From NCBI RefSeq assembly GCF_000372725.1, contig NW_005201327.1, positions 190,815 to 254,814 on the forward strand: a stretch of 64,000 bases of DNA. The letters are read 5' to 3'. Below the pieces are notes generated by a model, which was given only the letters and a program-made list of their open reading frames with translations, was not told where the DNA came from and made no database searches. Of the stretch, positions 25,424 through 37,278 are shown one piece after another; positions within the stretch are counted from its first letter, which is position 1; each line of letters begins with the position of its first letter. This stretch comes from Emiliania huxleyi CCMP1516. Lineage: Eukaryota. The translations under genes were made by a program, and so were the position numbers.

Positions 25424-25830
25424 TCAGTCGGGCTTGGCATGCGGCCGGCGGAACTCCATCGCCGAGTCGACCAGCGCCCCATGGCGGATGGAGAGCAAGT
25501 CGGAGACATAGTACATGCGCGGACACCACGGCCACGCCTCGCCTCGCTTGGGCAGCTCGTCGATCGACCGCTGAATGTAGCCGGCCCCGAAGTCGAGCAA
25601 GTCGTGCCGCTCCATCGCCGGGTCGAGCGGTCGGCGCGCGGGACCTGACCGAGGGTTGGGCGGAGGCAACTTGGAGGCAGCTAGGGTGATAGAAGGTACA
25701 GAGGTCGGTGTCGTGCAGTCTCTTGCTCAACACATGCACATGCACATGTACATGTACATGTTGTTGTTGTTGAGCCGCTCGCGTCCATGAAGTTGAGGAT
25801 GCGGCACACATACTCAGAGACGATGTTGTC
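25424..25830 (-). pseudogene. C-terminal fragment of EthA/AlmA-type flavin (Baeyer-Villiger) monooxygenase
   Basis: SEYVCRILNFMD...LLDFGAGYIQRSIDELPKRGEAWPW...DLLSIRHGALVD. No N-terminal FAD-binding part upstream. Confidence 0.6.
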
Positions 25831-26305
25831 CCTCACAGAGCGCGTGGCGTGAAGAGGAGCTCCAGCGGACTGGAGGCAGGGGCTACCTCGCATATAAGAT
25901 GGAGCGCAACACAAAGGTCAACCAACTTGGACAGCTGGCGTTCGAGATCTTGCCGAGCATTCTGAACGACGGCTATGTTGATTCGCGCGACATTGAGGCG
26001 CTCCGCAATCAGAAGGGTGTCGCTGTCGGCGAGTGGAGCGTGGAGCCGCTCCAGCAGCTCCGCGACACGGGCGCGTGCTCCTACCTCATGGCGCTGCGGG
26101 CTCGGCGGCGGCAGTAGAGGGAGGGGCCGAGGGACCATACCCCCCCACCCCTGTCGATGCCTAGTCTTGGGCGGTCAGGGCCAATTAACCATACCACACC
26201 CCGCAAAAAGTTGGAACCCAGACTCGAGTCTTTCGCCGCTCCCGCCTCGGACCTGCCTCACCGCTGCGTTGCCGGCGTCGCGCGCCCTCCTGGCGGTCCG
26301 CATAT

Positions 26306-27546
26306 ATGCTCGAGCGCGTGCAGACGGCCGTGGTCGGCGGCGGCGTCGTGGGTCTCGCCGTCGCTCGTGCGCTGTCTCGCTCGGGCCGAGAGGTGCTCCT
26401 CCTGGAGTCAGAGAGCCTGACCGGCTCGGGCACGTCGTCTCGCAACTCGGAGGTCGTGCACGCCGGCATCTACTACACCGCAGGCTCGCTGAAGGCGCGT
26501 GCCTGCGTCGAGGGCCGGAGAGCGCTCTACTCCTTCTGCGAGGCGTACGCCGTGCCGTACTCGCGATGCGGCAAGCTGCTGGTTGCCACCGAGGAGGGAG
26601 AGCTCGCCCAGCTGGACGCGGTCGCGGAGAAGGCGCGCGCCAACGGGCTGAGCGGCAGCGGCGAGGCTCTCGTCCGCCTGACCTCCGCAGAGGCGGCGCG
26701 GCTGGAGCCAGAGGTGCGCTGTGTGGGCGCGCTGCACTCGCCCTCGACAGGCATCGTCGACAGCCACGCCTTGATGACGGCGCTGCTGGCGGATGCAGAG
26801 CGGCACGGGGCGACGCTAGCGCTCGGCAGCAGCGTGGTGGGGGGAGAGTGCGGTGGCAGCGATGCCGTGGCGGGCTGCGGCGCCGGGGGGCGCGTGCTGC
26901 TTCGTACAGCCGACGGCACCCAGCTCGCATGTGACGAGGTCGTCAACTGTGCGGGACACGGCGCGCCGCGACTCGCCGCCGCCTTGGGGGGGATGCCGCG
27001 CTCGCACGTGCCGGCGGCTCACTTCGCCAAGGGAACCTACTTCGCCCTGAGTGGACGGCCGAGCCCCTTCCGCGGCCTCGTCTACCCGCTGCCGCAGCAG
27101 GCGGGGCTCGGCGTGCACGCCACCGTCGACCTCGCGGGCCGCTGCCGCTTTGGGCCGGACGTCGAGTGGACGAGCAACGCGGAGGACGTGCAGGTGGACC
27201 CGACCCGCGCGGCGGCATTCTACGCCGAGGTGCGAAAGTACTGGCCGGATCTGCCCGACGGCGGCCTGGTGCCAGACTACGCGGGCGTGCGACCAAAGGC
27301 GAGAGCTGAAAGCCTGGCTGGCTGTCTGGACTGCTGCGAAGAGGCTGCCTGTTTCACAGCCTCTCGGTGTGAACACAGGTGAGCGGCCGCGGCGAGCCGT
27401 CGGCGGATTTTGTGCTGAGCGGGCCGTCGGAGCACGGCGTGGCGGGCTTGGTCCACCTCTTTGGGATCGAGTCGCCGGGCCTGACCGCCTCGCTTGCCCT
27501 CGCGCGCTTGTGCGTCGAGAGCCTCGACCGAGAGAGTGTGAGATAG
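26306..27546 (+). CDS. L-2-hydroxyglutarate dehydrogenase-like FAD oxidoreductase (LhgO family)
   Basis: [55 protein letters not shown] intron, [17 protein letters not shown]. Stop at 27546. Confidence 0.88.
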
Positions 27547-28464
27547 AGCCGTAAAAGAAGCTCCTTTTCAGGCTTTGTTTCATGTCGGACAGGCTAGACC
27601 TACGGGGTGTGTAGGGTGAGTTGACCAGGGGTTGTGCGCCGGGCCCTCCTGCTCGGCTCCAGCGAGTAGACAAGTGTTACCATCAACAGAGGAGAAGGAT
27701 ATGACCTCAGGGCTGATGTGACCAAGCGCTGGTAGCGTGGTTTAACCTCACACCCATGGTCTCACAGTGTGCCGGCAGTCGCCGAGCAGTGTCGCTCACA
27801 CAAGCCGCAGCACAAGTGACTGAGGGCCAGTGAGGGCGAGCCCATCGCTGTCACAGCTGTGGCAGCCGCACAGTAGGCTGTGTCAACTGTGCAGAGTGTG
27901 TGAGCAGCAGAGGAGCTGCTCTCCAGGCTTCTGTCGCAAAGAGCTGCATGCCACCGAAAGCATTGTCGAGGTTCGCCGAGCGCGGCGCAGGTTGGAGGAC
28001 ACCGTCACCGACGAGCGCGTTGGACTTTTCACTCCGGACAAAGACGGGGACACAGCGGACGGTGCGGGGTGTGTCCCCGTCATAGCGGCGAGGCGCGGGA
28101 CCGTCTGTGGCGAAGTGGGTCGCGTCCTCCGATATTGTTCAACCCAGCATCCACACCCTTTAAAAAGTAACGTACGTAGAGCTAGAGGGACTTTATTTCC
28201 CCGGAAAGAAAAAGAAAACGGAGGCGGACATCCCATTTCCAAACATGAAACAAGGGCTGGGAGGACGAGGAGGACAGACGTCTTTATTGCCACGCGCCAA
28301 ACAATCCCGCTCTCATCTCGCGCATCTGCGCACCAATCAGCATCAGCAGCAAGTCCATATCGCCACACGCGACTTCGGGTCGGCCTCAAAGGGGTCGGTG
28401 CCCACGTGCAGCAGGAGGGGTGCGAGAAGCGGGAGCGGCATTCGTTTTGTTGCCAGCCGCGTCC

Positions 28465-29104
28465 TCATACCCCCAAGCGCTCCGGCGCCCACGCCTCGAC
28501 CCTCTTGGGCAGCAGCTGGTTCGACAGGTCCTCTCCGTGGCCTAGGCAGCCGTGGCCGCCATGACCCCAGGTGAAGACGGCGCCGTCGGCGGTGCAAGCG
28601 ATGCAGTGGAATGCTCCAGCCGACACAGCGACGACGCGCTGGCCAGCAAAGGCCTCGACCTTCTTGGGCTGCCACTGATGCGCCGGGTCGCCGTGGCCCA
28701 GCCGGCCCCAGTCTCCATCGCCCCAGCTCCAGACGGCGCCGTCGGCGGTGAGGGCGATGCTGTGGCTGCCTCCAGCCGACACAGCGACGACGCGCCGCCC
28801 GACCAAGGCCTCGATCTTCTTCGGCAGCGGCTGGTCCTGCCGGTCGCCGTGGCCCAACTTGCCAGAGCCTCCACCACCCCAGCTCCAGACGGCGCCATCG
28901 GCAGTGAGCGCGAGGCTGTGGGTCTCTCCAGCCGACGCAACGATCACGCGCCGCCCAGCCAAGGCCTCGATCTTCTTCGGCAGCGGCTGACTCTGGTAGT
29001 CGCCGTGGCCCAACCGGCCAAAGCCTCCCTGGCCCCAGCTCCAAACGGCGCCATCGGCGGTGAGGGCGAGGCTGTGGCCGCTCGCACCCGACACAGCGAC
29101 GACG
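28465..29104 (-). pseudogene. 5'-truncated RCC1-repeat coding fragment (paralogue of 50662-52347)
   Basis: Repeats HSLALTADGAVWSWG..G.LGHGD. Begins abruptly after a copy of the U-box gene linker (GAGCTGGCGGCGGCGCTCGAGGAGAGC). Confidence 0.65.
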
Positions 29105-29213
29105 CCGTGCTCTCCTCGAGCGCCGCCGCCAGCTCCGCCGCCTCCGCCACCGCCAGTGCTGACTCATCCTCAGTCAGGCCGACGGTGGCGGGCGGCGCAA
29201 GCGTTGCGCTCTG

Positions 29214-30943
29214 TTAGCATGCGTTCGCCTCTTCCCACTCACGAATCTGCCGGCGCAGCGTGTGGTTGGGGGCGAGGAAGCTGTGCACGAGCGCCTCGCC
29301 CGTCATCGGGCTCGTCGACTTGGTCGCGAGCCAGCGCTCCATCGCCGACCGCTCGTACGAATGCCCGTCCGCCGCCATCACCGGGTCACTCATGAGCTCG
29401 GTCGTGATCGGGCAGATGAAGTCGGCCGGCGGCTCCTCCTCCCTCGGAGCCGGCGCCTCTGCGGCCGATGACGGCCCTTGCGCCTCCGCCGCCCGCCTCT
29501 CCTCCTCCAGCCTCGCGCTCTCCTCGAGCGCCGCCGCCAGCTCCGCCTCCTCTGCCGCCATCAGCGCCTCGGCACGAGCGGCGGCATGTCGCATCGCCTC
29601 CGCCTCTGCAGCCGCTCTCTCCGCCTCCCTCGCCGCTGCCTCCGCCTCCGCCTCCGCATGCTCCTCGAGGGCGCGCACGCACTTGGCGAGGCCCTTCGCC
29701 TTGGCAAAACACAGCGCCGTGTCTCCAGCCGCCGTGCGCAGCGTCGCGTCGGCGCCCGCCCGCAGCAGGCGACACACGATGGCGGAGTGGTCGGATATGG
29801 AGGCAAACATCAGCGCGGTGCAGCCGCCGCTGTTCTGCAGGTTGATCTCCGCGCCGTGCCGAATCAGCAAGTCAACCACCCGCTCGTGACCGTTGATGGC
29901 GGCGTACATCAGTGCGGTGCCGCCGCCGCTGCTCTGCATGTTGATCTCCGCGCCGTGCCGAATCAGCAGCTCGACCACCCGCTCGTGACCGTTCTCGGCG
30001 GCGTTCATCAGTGCGGAGCCGCCTTTGCTGTCCTGCTGGTTGATATCCGCGCCGTGCCGGAGCAGCAACTCGACCACCCGCTCGTGACCGTTGCCGGCGG
30101 CGTAAATCAGCGCGGTGCCGCCGTCGCTGCTGTTCTGCAGATTGATCTCCGCGCCGCGCTGCAGCAGCAACTCGACCACCCGCTCGTGGTCGTTTCCGGC
30201 GGCGATGTGCAGCAACGTGAAGCCCGCACTATCTAACGCGTTCGCCTGCCCGCCGCTGTCAAGCCACGCCAGCAGCGCCGCCTCTTCGCCTCGCGCAGCC
30301 CTACCCCTCTGCGCCGCAGCGCGCGCCGCGCGCCGCGCGCGCCCGCCCGCCGCTCACGCTCTGCCTGCTCCGCCGCCCGCCCCGCCGCCGCCTCGGCAGC
30401 CGCTCGCCACTCTCGCGACCTCTCTGCCTCCTCCCTCGCACGCTGCTCCGCCTGCTCCGCCTTTGCCGCAAGCCTGGCTTTCCGATCCTCCGCCCTCCGC
30501 GCCGCCTCAAACGCCAAGTTCTCTTGCTTCTGCCGCTGCAGCTCCGCCTCGCGCTTGCTGATCACTTTGCTTGCCATCTTGGCGGCTGCCTCTCGCCGCT
30601 GCTGCTGCTTGACCTCGGGTCGGGGCCTGAGAGAGCACAGCCATGCCCACAATCCGACGAGAAGCCGCACGAGCAACTGCTGCAAACGCGAGAGCCCGAT
30701 CGGCGGCTGCGAGTCGCCGACTGCCGGAAGCAACCGAGACCCGCCGTCGAGGACGGCCACGCCGCCGCCAACGCCGCCGCCGCCGCCCCCTCCTGCGCCG
30801 CCCTTCTTCTTGCCCTTCTTCTTCTTCCCCACACCGTCTCCGCCGCTGTTCGCCAACTTCGCCGCCGCCGCCGCCGACGACGACGCCTGCTCCTCGACGA
30901 TCAGCTCCGCCTGTTGACACCCACGAGTGTGAAGAGAGGCCAT
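29214..30943 (-). CDS. Coiled-coil + ankyrin repeats + U-box E3 ubiquitin ligase
   Basis: Several TALxxAAxNGHERVVELLL ankyrin repeats and PADFICPITTELMSDPVMAADGHSYERSAMERWL U-box. Joined to upstream ORF via a probable short GC-AG intron near 30300-30350. Confidence 0.8.
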
Positions 30944-31134
30944 TCACGGCAGCGGCATTCGCTCTCCAGCAGCCGGCTGCCTGCAGGCTCTCGGCAAGCT
31001 TGGCCGCCAGCTCTGCGTCCGCTTTGCTCTGAAGCGTGCGGGCGAGGCGGGCATCCCGCTCCTATGAGGAGATGTGGGGGAGATATGTCCGGTGCAATGT
31101 CAGGGTGTCGTACCGCATTTTACTTAATCTCACA

Positions 31135-31192
31135 CTGCTGAATACAGCTGAATACGTGTCCTCTCGAGTGCTAGATACGTATTCAGCTTCTA
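31135..31192 (-). mobile_element. Truncated remnant of introner family A
   Basis: GAATACGTGTCCTCTCGAGTGCT...ACGTATTCAGCTTCTA matches the family A 5' end. Confidence 0.65.
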
Positions 31193-31569
31193 CTTTCTCG
31201 CTCCGATGCCACCGACTCTGGCTTCTCCGATGATACCGCCTCGGCGCCGCTCGAGCCGGGCACGCCCTTTGGCGAGAGAGCTGAGTCGTACCCAAGCGCA
31301 CGCAGATCGGCCCACGTGTCCTCCGGCCGCGCCATCGTCTGCAGCTGCATCATCTCGAGAAAGCCGCGGCGCGTGAGCCTGCCCTGCCCGTTCGTGGTGA
31401 ACTCGCCCACCTGCGAGAGCTCCGCCTCGCCGAACTCCTCGCCGCCGTTGCACGTGCGCGCGAAAGACTGAAGTTCTGCCGTCGACCAGGCGCCGTCCAC
31501 GTCGGCGTCGAAGCGGCAGAAGACCTCGCCCAGCGCCGCTTCGAGCGGAGGAACGAGCCAGTCGTCCAC
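31183..31569 (-). CDS. EF-hand-containing protein fragment (start not evident)
   Basis: VFCRFDADVDGAWSTAEL and GRLTRRGFLEM...TWADLRALGYD. Confidence 0.55.
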   Translation of the reverse strand: MDDWLVPPLEAALGEVFCRFDADVDGAWSTAELQSFARTCNGGEEFGEAELSQVGEFTTNGQGRLTRRGFLEMMQLQTMARPEDTWADLRALGYDSALSPKGVPGSSGAEAVSSEKPESVASERESRS

Positions 31570-32018
31570 GTCGAAGTGCGACGCCGATTTTTCTTCTTCC
31601 AGGAGTAAAATCGCGGCGCGCGTCCTGTCCGAGCCTGACTGTTGTTCATCTTTCTACATACATACATGGCGCGCCGGTCGTGGTGTCGAACGCTGGCCCT
31701 CCCCCTCTGCTGCTTGTCCGTGCCTCTGCTCCGCCTCCTCCGCGAGAGCTCAATGGCACCCGAGTTCACCAACGACGACGGATTCATCACGTGGGCCCGG
31801 CGTTCCAAGGAGGTCATCTATCGGGTGCCGCGGGCGCTGCGATGGTTCGTGCTTACTGCCCGGGAATTGCCAGCTCGCGAGAGCCGAGAGCAGGCGCCCG
31901 CCGGCAAGCGGGTCATGACGCTTGACGGCTTGTGAGAGTTGTGTCTTCTTTTGGTTTTGATTGATCGTGTGGTTATAAACGCAGCAGCTGCTTCGCCAGG
32001 GCGTTTCTGGCCCCGGCG

Positions 32019-33133
32019 CTACTTGGGCCCATGCGCCGTGTAGCTCGCTCCCTGGTCCAAGCCCTCGCGGCCGGGCATGTCCGCGCTGTACGACCGCCAG
32101 TAGCAAAAGGCGCTCCCGCGAGTCAGCTCCCACGCCGCGTCAAAAGCGGCGCGCACTGGCGGGGGAAGCTCGGCGGCCTTGGCCATCTCGCACGCCTCGA
32201 GGTTCGCCTCCAGCTGGGCGAGCGAGGAGGCGCCGATCAGCAGCCCGTCCGTCTGGGCCAGCGCAGAGTGGCGCAACAGCCAGCAAAACGTCGCCTGCAG
32301 CAGCGGCAAGCCCGCCTCGCCGCAAGCCGCCTCGATGGCGGCTAGCGCCTGCGGGACAGGCTCGCGGACGTGTCATGGACGCGTCCCTGTCCAGGCGGCG
32401 CGCTCGGTGGCCGCGCGCGCGCGTCAAAGTTGGGCGGCGTGTAGAAGCGGGGCAGGTAGTTTGGATTGTTCTTGAAGCGGCCCGCGGGCACGTCGCCGCC
32501 TCGCTTGTGCGCGCCGCTCAACAGACCCGCCGCGAGCGGGTTGAATGCGACGAAGGAGCAGCCGTGCTCGCGCAGCAGCGGCAGCAGCTCCAACTCAACC
32601 GCGCGGTTGAGAGGGTTGTACAGCCCTTGGTACACGCTCGGCTTGGTCAGCCCGTGCTCGGCGCACAGCGCAAAGGCGCGCGCAACCTCGGACGCGTGGT
32701 AGTTAGACATGCCGACGGCGCACACCCGCCCCTCCTGCACCATCGTGTGCGCCTCGCGCAGCGACTCGAGGAGCGCCGCCTCCGTGTCGGGCTGGTGAAG
32801 GTAGTACTCTGCTAGCGACTCCACGCCAATCGCAGCCAGCGACGCGTCGAGCTGCTTCCGCATGCCCGCCGCTGTGAGCCCGCCGGGCTGCGATGGCGCC
32901 GCCTTGCTGCCGACGAGCAGGTCGGCCGACACGCAGCTGCGGCAGCTGCGTAGGGCACGGCCGAGCATCGGCTCCGTCTCGCCAGCCGCGTAGATGCGCG
33001 CGGTGTCGACGTGCCGCCCGCCTGCGGAAGCAAAGCGCTCGAGGAACTGCAGCGCGACCCTGTCGTCGACGGGTGCGCTGGCCTGGTTCCAGGCGAAAGT
33101 CATGGTTCCGAGGTACAGGCGAGGGAGGCGCAT
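32019..33133 (-). CDS. Aldo-keto reductase, AKR7 (aflatoxin B1 aldehyde reductase)-like
   Basis: LYLGTMTF, VDTARIY, YYLHQPD, GMSNY, VYQGLYN, FNPLAAGLL. GC-AG intron 32349-32422, then IGASSLAQLEANL. Confidence 0.9.
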
Positions 33134-34604
33134 GGTCGATCGCTCGCGACAGAGTGAAAGCCGCGGAGGTTGAGGCTAGAATTCTACGTCGAGAGCCAAC
33201 CGCGCGCGGCCGTCGACCGGCAAGCCGTGCGACTGTCTTTGTTTGAAGTAAAAAGTCGAATCAGAGCGCCGTCGGCGTTGTCCTGAGTTTTCTCCCCTGG
33301 ACCGCCCGTCCGGCACCGCTCCGGGACGCACGCCGGCGAAGCACCATCAAGCTGCTGTACGGCCCCGGAATCGCCTCCCCTGGCTTAGCTAAAGTGAGAG
33401 TTATTGTGCACGTGGTCAGCCTCTACAATATATGTATGTAAAAGAGGAATGCAGAAGATTGGACAGGGGAGGGACGCGTCCAAGGGGGGAACGGAGGCTT
33501 GGGATTTTGCATCTCGGCTGCATCCATGGGCCAGGGAGGCGAATGTAGACAGTGAGCGGCTGACGTCCTCGCGGGCGTGGCTGAGTACAGCCGACACTAC
33601 GTGCTGCGGCAGCCCGCGGAGTCGCAGGAGGCGCGGTGGAGCGGCTGCGCTTGGACGCGACGGCGAGGCTGGCCGGGCACGCTGTCGTCGAGAAAGGCAC
33701 GCACGTCGAGATCCTGGGTTCGCAGAGGAGGGTTCGTGTGGATGCGGTCGAGTACGACGGCTACCCGGACGCCGAGCGTCTCCTCTCGTTAGAGGAAGAG
33801 ACGTGGCTAGGCAGGTGACGCTCGGCGCCGGCAGCGCGGCCCCTAATACCAGCGGCGAGGCGAGCTCACTGGAGAGCGTGAGCCGTGGCGTGTGTGCGGG
33901 AGCCGCAGTGCGGAGAGAGCAAGCGCGAGACCGAGAGACGGTATATGTGATTTGTGTGTCGTCGATCTTGGAATTGTGAATTGGAGACGACTCTCGCAGT
34001 GACTTCAGACTTGGATCTCTCCGATGCCCGCGCCCCGGCGGCGGGGGCTGTGACTCTGAGGCAACTGGCAGTGCCTATCAGAGAGTGCCCAACAGCCCGA
34101 CAAATCACCTACCTGACAGCACCTGACAGCCTGACAGCCAGGGCTCAGGGTGGGGCGGTTGTGGGGGCTACGGAGATATTAGTCAGAGTACAGCAGGCGG
34201 CGAGTGCAGCCTTGTCCGAATATCTTATTAATCTTTAATGATCATTTGGGGAGGTCTTCTTTGAGCTGTTGCCATTGCACTTAGGAGGAGGTGCATGGCT
34301 GGGGCTGGATCCAACATGCTTGTACGAGTACACGCGTATGTAAAGCTGCTTGCGGTGACTACATGGATCATGTCTTCTTGGTATTTCTTGTTTGCCACAA
34401 AATCAAAAAGAAAACAAAAAACGAAAACAAAGATTTTGTAATACGATACAAACGGCCTCTTTTTTGCCAAGATCTTTATAGAAGAAAACTGACGGAAAGA
34501 AAAAACACCGCGGGGACCCACTTCCCCCCCCTTCCCGAAATTCAGAAATCAGTGCCAAAACTCACGAGACCTCGATACTAACAAAGACTACGATACAAGA
34601 GGTG

Positions 34605-35171
34605 CTATGTCCCGCCTGAACTCTGGCTATCACTGTATAGAAAGGAGACCGAGACCGAGTTCTCCTCGTAGAGCACGCCGTGCGCCCAGAGGCTGGGCAC
34701 AAACAAGACGTCGCCAGCCTGTTGCGTGCACTCCAGCTGGCGGCCGAGCTGACCGCGGCGCGCAGGCTCAAAGTCATCAAAGAAGTGGGCGTTGCTGTAC
34801 GATGCGTCGGCAGGAGGGTATAGGAACCACCGCTTCCGGCCGTGCAGCAATGCGCTCACCGCCATGTAGTGGAAGTGGAGGGAGGTGCCGGAGAAGGGCG
34901 AGCCCACGTTGATCTGGTAGTTGTTGAGCACCGCCATGCCGCGCGCGAGCTCGCTCACCCAGCCAGTGACGGGCTGCAGGTCTAGTAGCTCCAGGGTGTG
35001 ATTATGCAGGTGCGCGTGCGGCGCCCATCGCGCCTCGACAACGGTATCCGGCGAGAGGGTGGAGTCCGAAGCGTGCTGGCTGAGCTTGTGCTGCTCTCCG
35101 TTTTGGATGGCTTCAAACTCCGTACACTGACACTTTACCTCCCAGAGCTCGTCCCGGTCCGCCACGGCCAT
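34605..35171 (-). CDS. JmjC/cupin-8 domain protein (exon or fragment)
   Basis: GSPFSGTSLHFH...GRKRWFLYPP...CTQQAGDVLFVPSLWAHGV. Confidence 0.7.
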   Translation of the reverse strand: MAVADRDELWEVKCQCTEFEAIQNGEQHKLSQHASDSTLSPDTVVEARWAPHAHLHNHTLELLDLQPVTGWVSELARGMAVLNNYQINVGSPFSGTSLHFHYMAVSALLHGRKRWFLYPPADASYSNAHFFDDFEPARRGQLGRQLECTQQAGDVLFVPSLWAHGVLYEENSVSVSFLYSDSQSSGGT

Positions 35172-35302
35172 CCTCGGCCTCCGGAGGGCCCCCGGCCGCG
35201 GCGCGGTGCGGCGGCGTCACAAATCCGACGGCAGAGCACCGGGACGCGGTCGGGGGATCTGAGGTCCAGTGAGGCGTATGCATTCATGCCTATCCAGGGC
35301 TA

Positions 35303-36064
35303 TCACCTGGACCTATCAACAGGCGCCTGCGGCGCCGTGGTCAGGAGCTGCTGTTCACGCCGGTCCACACTTTCATAGTGGACAGTAGTGTTCCGAGGGC
35401 AAGGGAGAGAGCGCGGAGGAGAGCTGGACCAGTCGCGCTCCCACGCACGGCTGCACGCGGCGTCCGGGAGCTGTTTGTCGCGACGAGCATGGTGGAGAAG
35501 CCAGGTGGAGAAGCCCAATGTTCGTTCTAGCGGAGTGTGAGGGAACCGTGGGCTGATCATATTGGCCCATTGTGGATGCTTATTCATGTGGCGCATGTGA
35601 TCAAACTGCGAGAGGACATGGCTTCGTGGCGAGCGGAGCATGGTGACCCGAAGACCATCTCCTGCAAAGGCTGCAATGCACGACTCGCCAGTGATGAACT
35701 TGGCTGTGGTGACAACCTCTCCTAGCTGCCTGCCCAGTTCCGTGCCGGCGCATTTCGCAATGTGCACCAGCTTCACCACCGCCGCCGCGTCGCCGACTTC
35801 ATCGTGGAACGTGCGGATGGCGGCTGGAGCGTTTTGTGAAGCGCTTTGCAGGGCTTCCGGGAGCATCTCACTTGACAGGACGGTAAATCCAAAAAGGAAA
35901 GTGGGGTCTCGCACAGCGCTCTCGCTCTTCGCTGCGGCCGCGGCCGCGGCCTGCCTGTTGGCGGTGCCGGTGCGCGCCCCGCAGCGTTTGACTTTTACCA
36001 GTGTTGGTACATTGTAATTACTGACTTTGGAGGCCTGGTTCTCGAGACTGTAACGTCCACCCAT
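35303..36064 (-). CDS. Sulfotransferase-family-like domain (fragment or exon)
   Basis: LVHIAKCAGT (5'-PSB-like) and TMLRSPRSHVLSQF (3'-PB-like). Confidence 0.5.
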   Translation of the reverse strand: MGGRYSLENQASKVSNYNVPTLVKVKRCGARTGTANRQAAAAAAAKSESAVRDPTFLFGFTVLSSEMLPEALQSASQNAPAAIRTFHDEVGDAAAVVKLVHIAKCAGTELGRQLGEVVTTAKFITGESCIAAFAGDGLRVTMLRSPRSHVLSQFDHMRHMNKHPQWANMISPRFPHTPLERTLGFSTWLLHHARRDKQLPDAACSRAWERDWSSSPPRSLPCPRNTTVHYESVDRREQQLLTTAPQAPVDRSR

Positions 36065-36123
36065 ACCGCGTTGGTGTCCCAGTCGTTGGTCGGACTGTGT
36101 TTCGCCTTCCCATCAATCAATCA
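36055..36123 (+). mobile_element. Short 3'-end copy of (TCAA)n-tailed retroelement family
   Basis: CGTCCACCCATACCGCGTTGG...CGCCTTCCCATCAATCAATCA, the reverse complement of 44290-44354. Confidence 0.75.
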
Positions 36124-36809
36124 CGCCCTTGTCTCTCTCCCTTTTCTCTCTCCCTTGTACGTTCCGAGACATTTGTACCTGATGATACGATAGATTGCCA
36201 TATTAGGCAACGACCCAGATTCAGCAACGGCCGTTTTATTCCGTTTTGGCCGATCGCCCAGAGCCGTTTCAGGCCAAAAATAGGCATTTTCGGCTCTAGA
36301 CGGCGCCAACGCTTTCATTGAGCGATCCTCACACTGATTATAAAGCGCACGTGACCTACCCGGACCGTTTCGCGCGATTCGGACTCAGCAATGCCAGGAT
36401 GTCTGGGCGCACCGGCGCGTCGGTGGCAGTGGGATCGCACGCGTTCACCAGAGCCGCCGACGCGTCGAGCAGCGCGGCTCTGAGGCGGCGTTGCGGAAGC
36501 GGAGGACGTCAGTGTGCTCCGGCCTACCCTAAAGACCAAATATACCACATTCCCAACGCGTTTGAACGTCCTCTAGCGTCCACACGTGGCTGGGACACGC
36601 CTTCCTCGCGTCCCGCGGGTTCCCCAGCAGCAGCCGACGCGTCGACGAGCAGCGCGGCTCTGAGGCGGCGTTGGGGAATCCGAGGAACGCGTCGATGCAA
36701 AGGCCTCGTCGGGCTTCCGTTCACTCTACATTCACACACATTATTGTTCACTGCGCCCCACTCTACTTCGCCTTCTCCCTCGCCCACCTCCCTGCCCATT
36801 TTCAGGCGA

Positions 36810-37278
36810 TGTCAAGGTTGTCTGCCCCCTCACCAACGGCGGGGAGCATGGTCGGAAGGGCGCTTTTGTCGCCTTCGGCAGGGCGGCGATCGCCGCATAC
36901 CGTCCTATGGCGGCGAGTATCGCTACGCCAGGGAGGACAAGGACGTCGACGTGCGGCTGCTGCTGTTCGAGTCGTTCGGTGGGTTCGGGAGGATCCTCTG
37001 GGATGCGGCGAACGTGCTGCAGAACAAGCTGACGCGGGCCCAGTACCTCGATGAGGTGACTTGGACCACCAAGAGCTGGCTGGGGCTGCAGAAGCAGCGC
37101 ATCTCAGTCGTTCTTCACACGGCCATCGCAGAGCAGATTGTGAATGAGCTTGCCTGCGGCGAGGGCGGTCGAGTGCACGGAGCTAAGTGCCTCGCCACCC
37201 TCGCAGGAGTCGCTTAGGCGGCTCCCGTGGTGTACCTGTGTTAGTGCCAGTGCGCGCCAGTCCCGTGCCCAGTTGTGT
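36810..37278 (+). mobile_element. 5'-truncated CRE-like non-LTR retrotransposon (RLE C-terminus + 3' UTR), family 1
   Basis: VRLLLFESFGGFG...SWLGLQKQRISVVLHTAIA resembles the E-x-F-G ... QRLSV C-terminus of RLE LINEs. The UTR recurs as short inserts. Confidence 0.7.

Noticed and set aside
36055..36080. Resemblance of CACCCATACCGCGTTG to the 5' end of 5S rRNA
   Set aside because: The match is short, lies at the element's 3' end, and no box A/C or 5S body follows.
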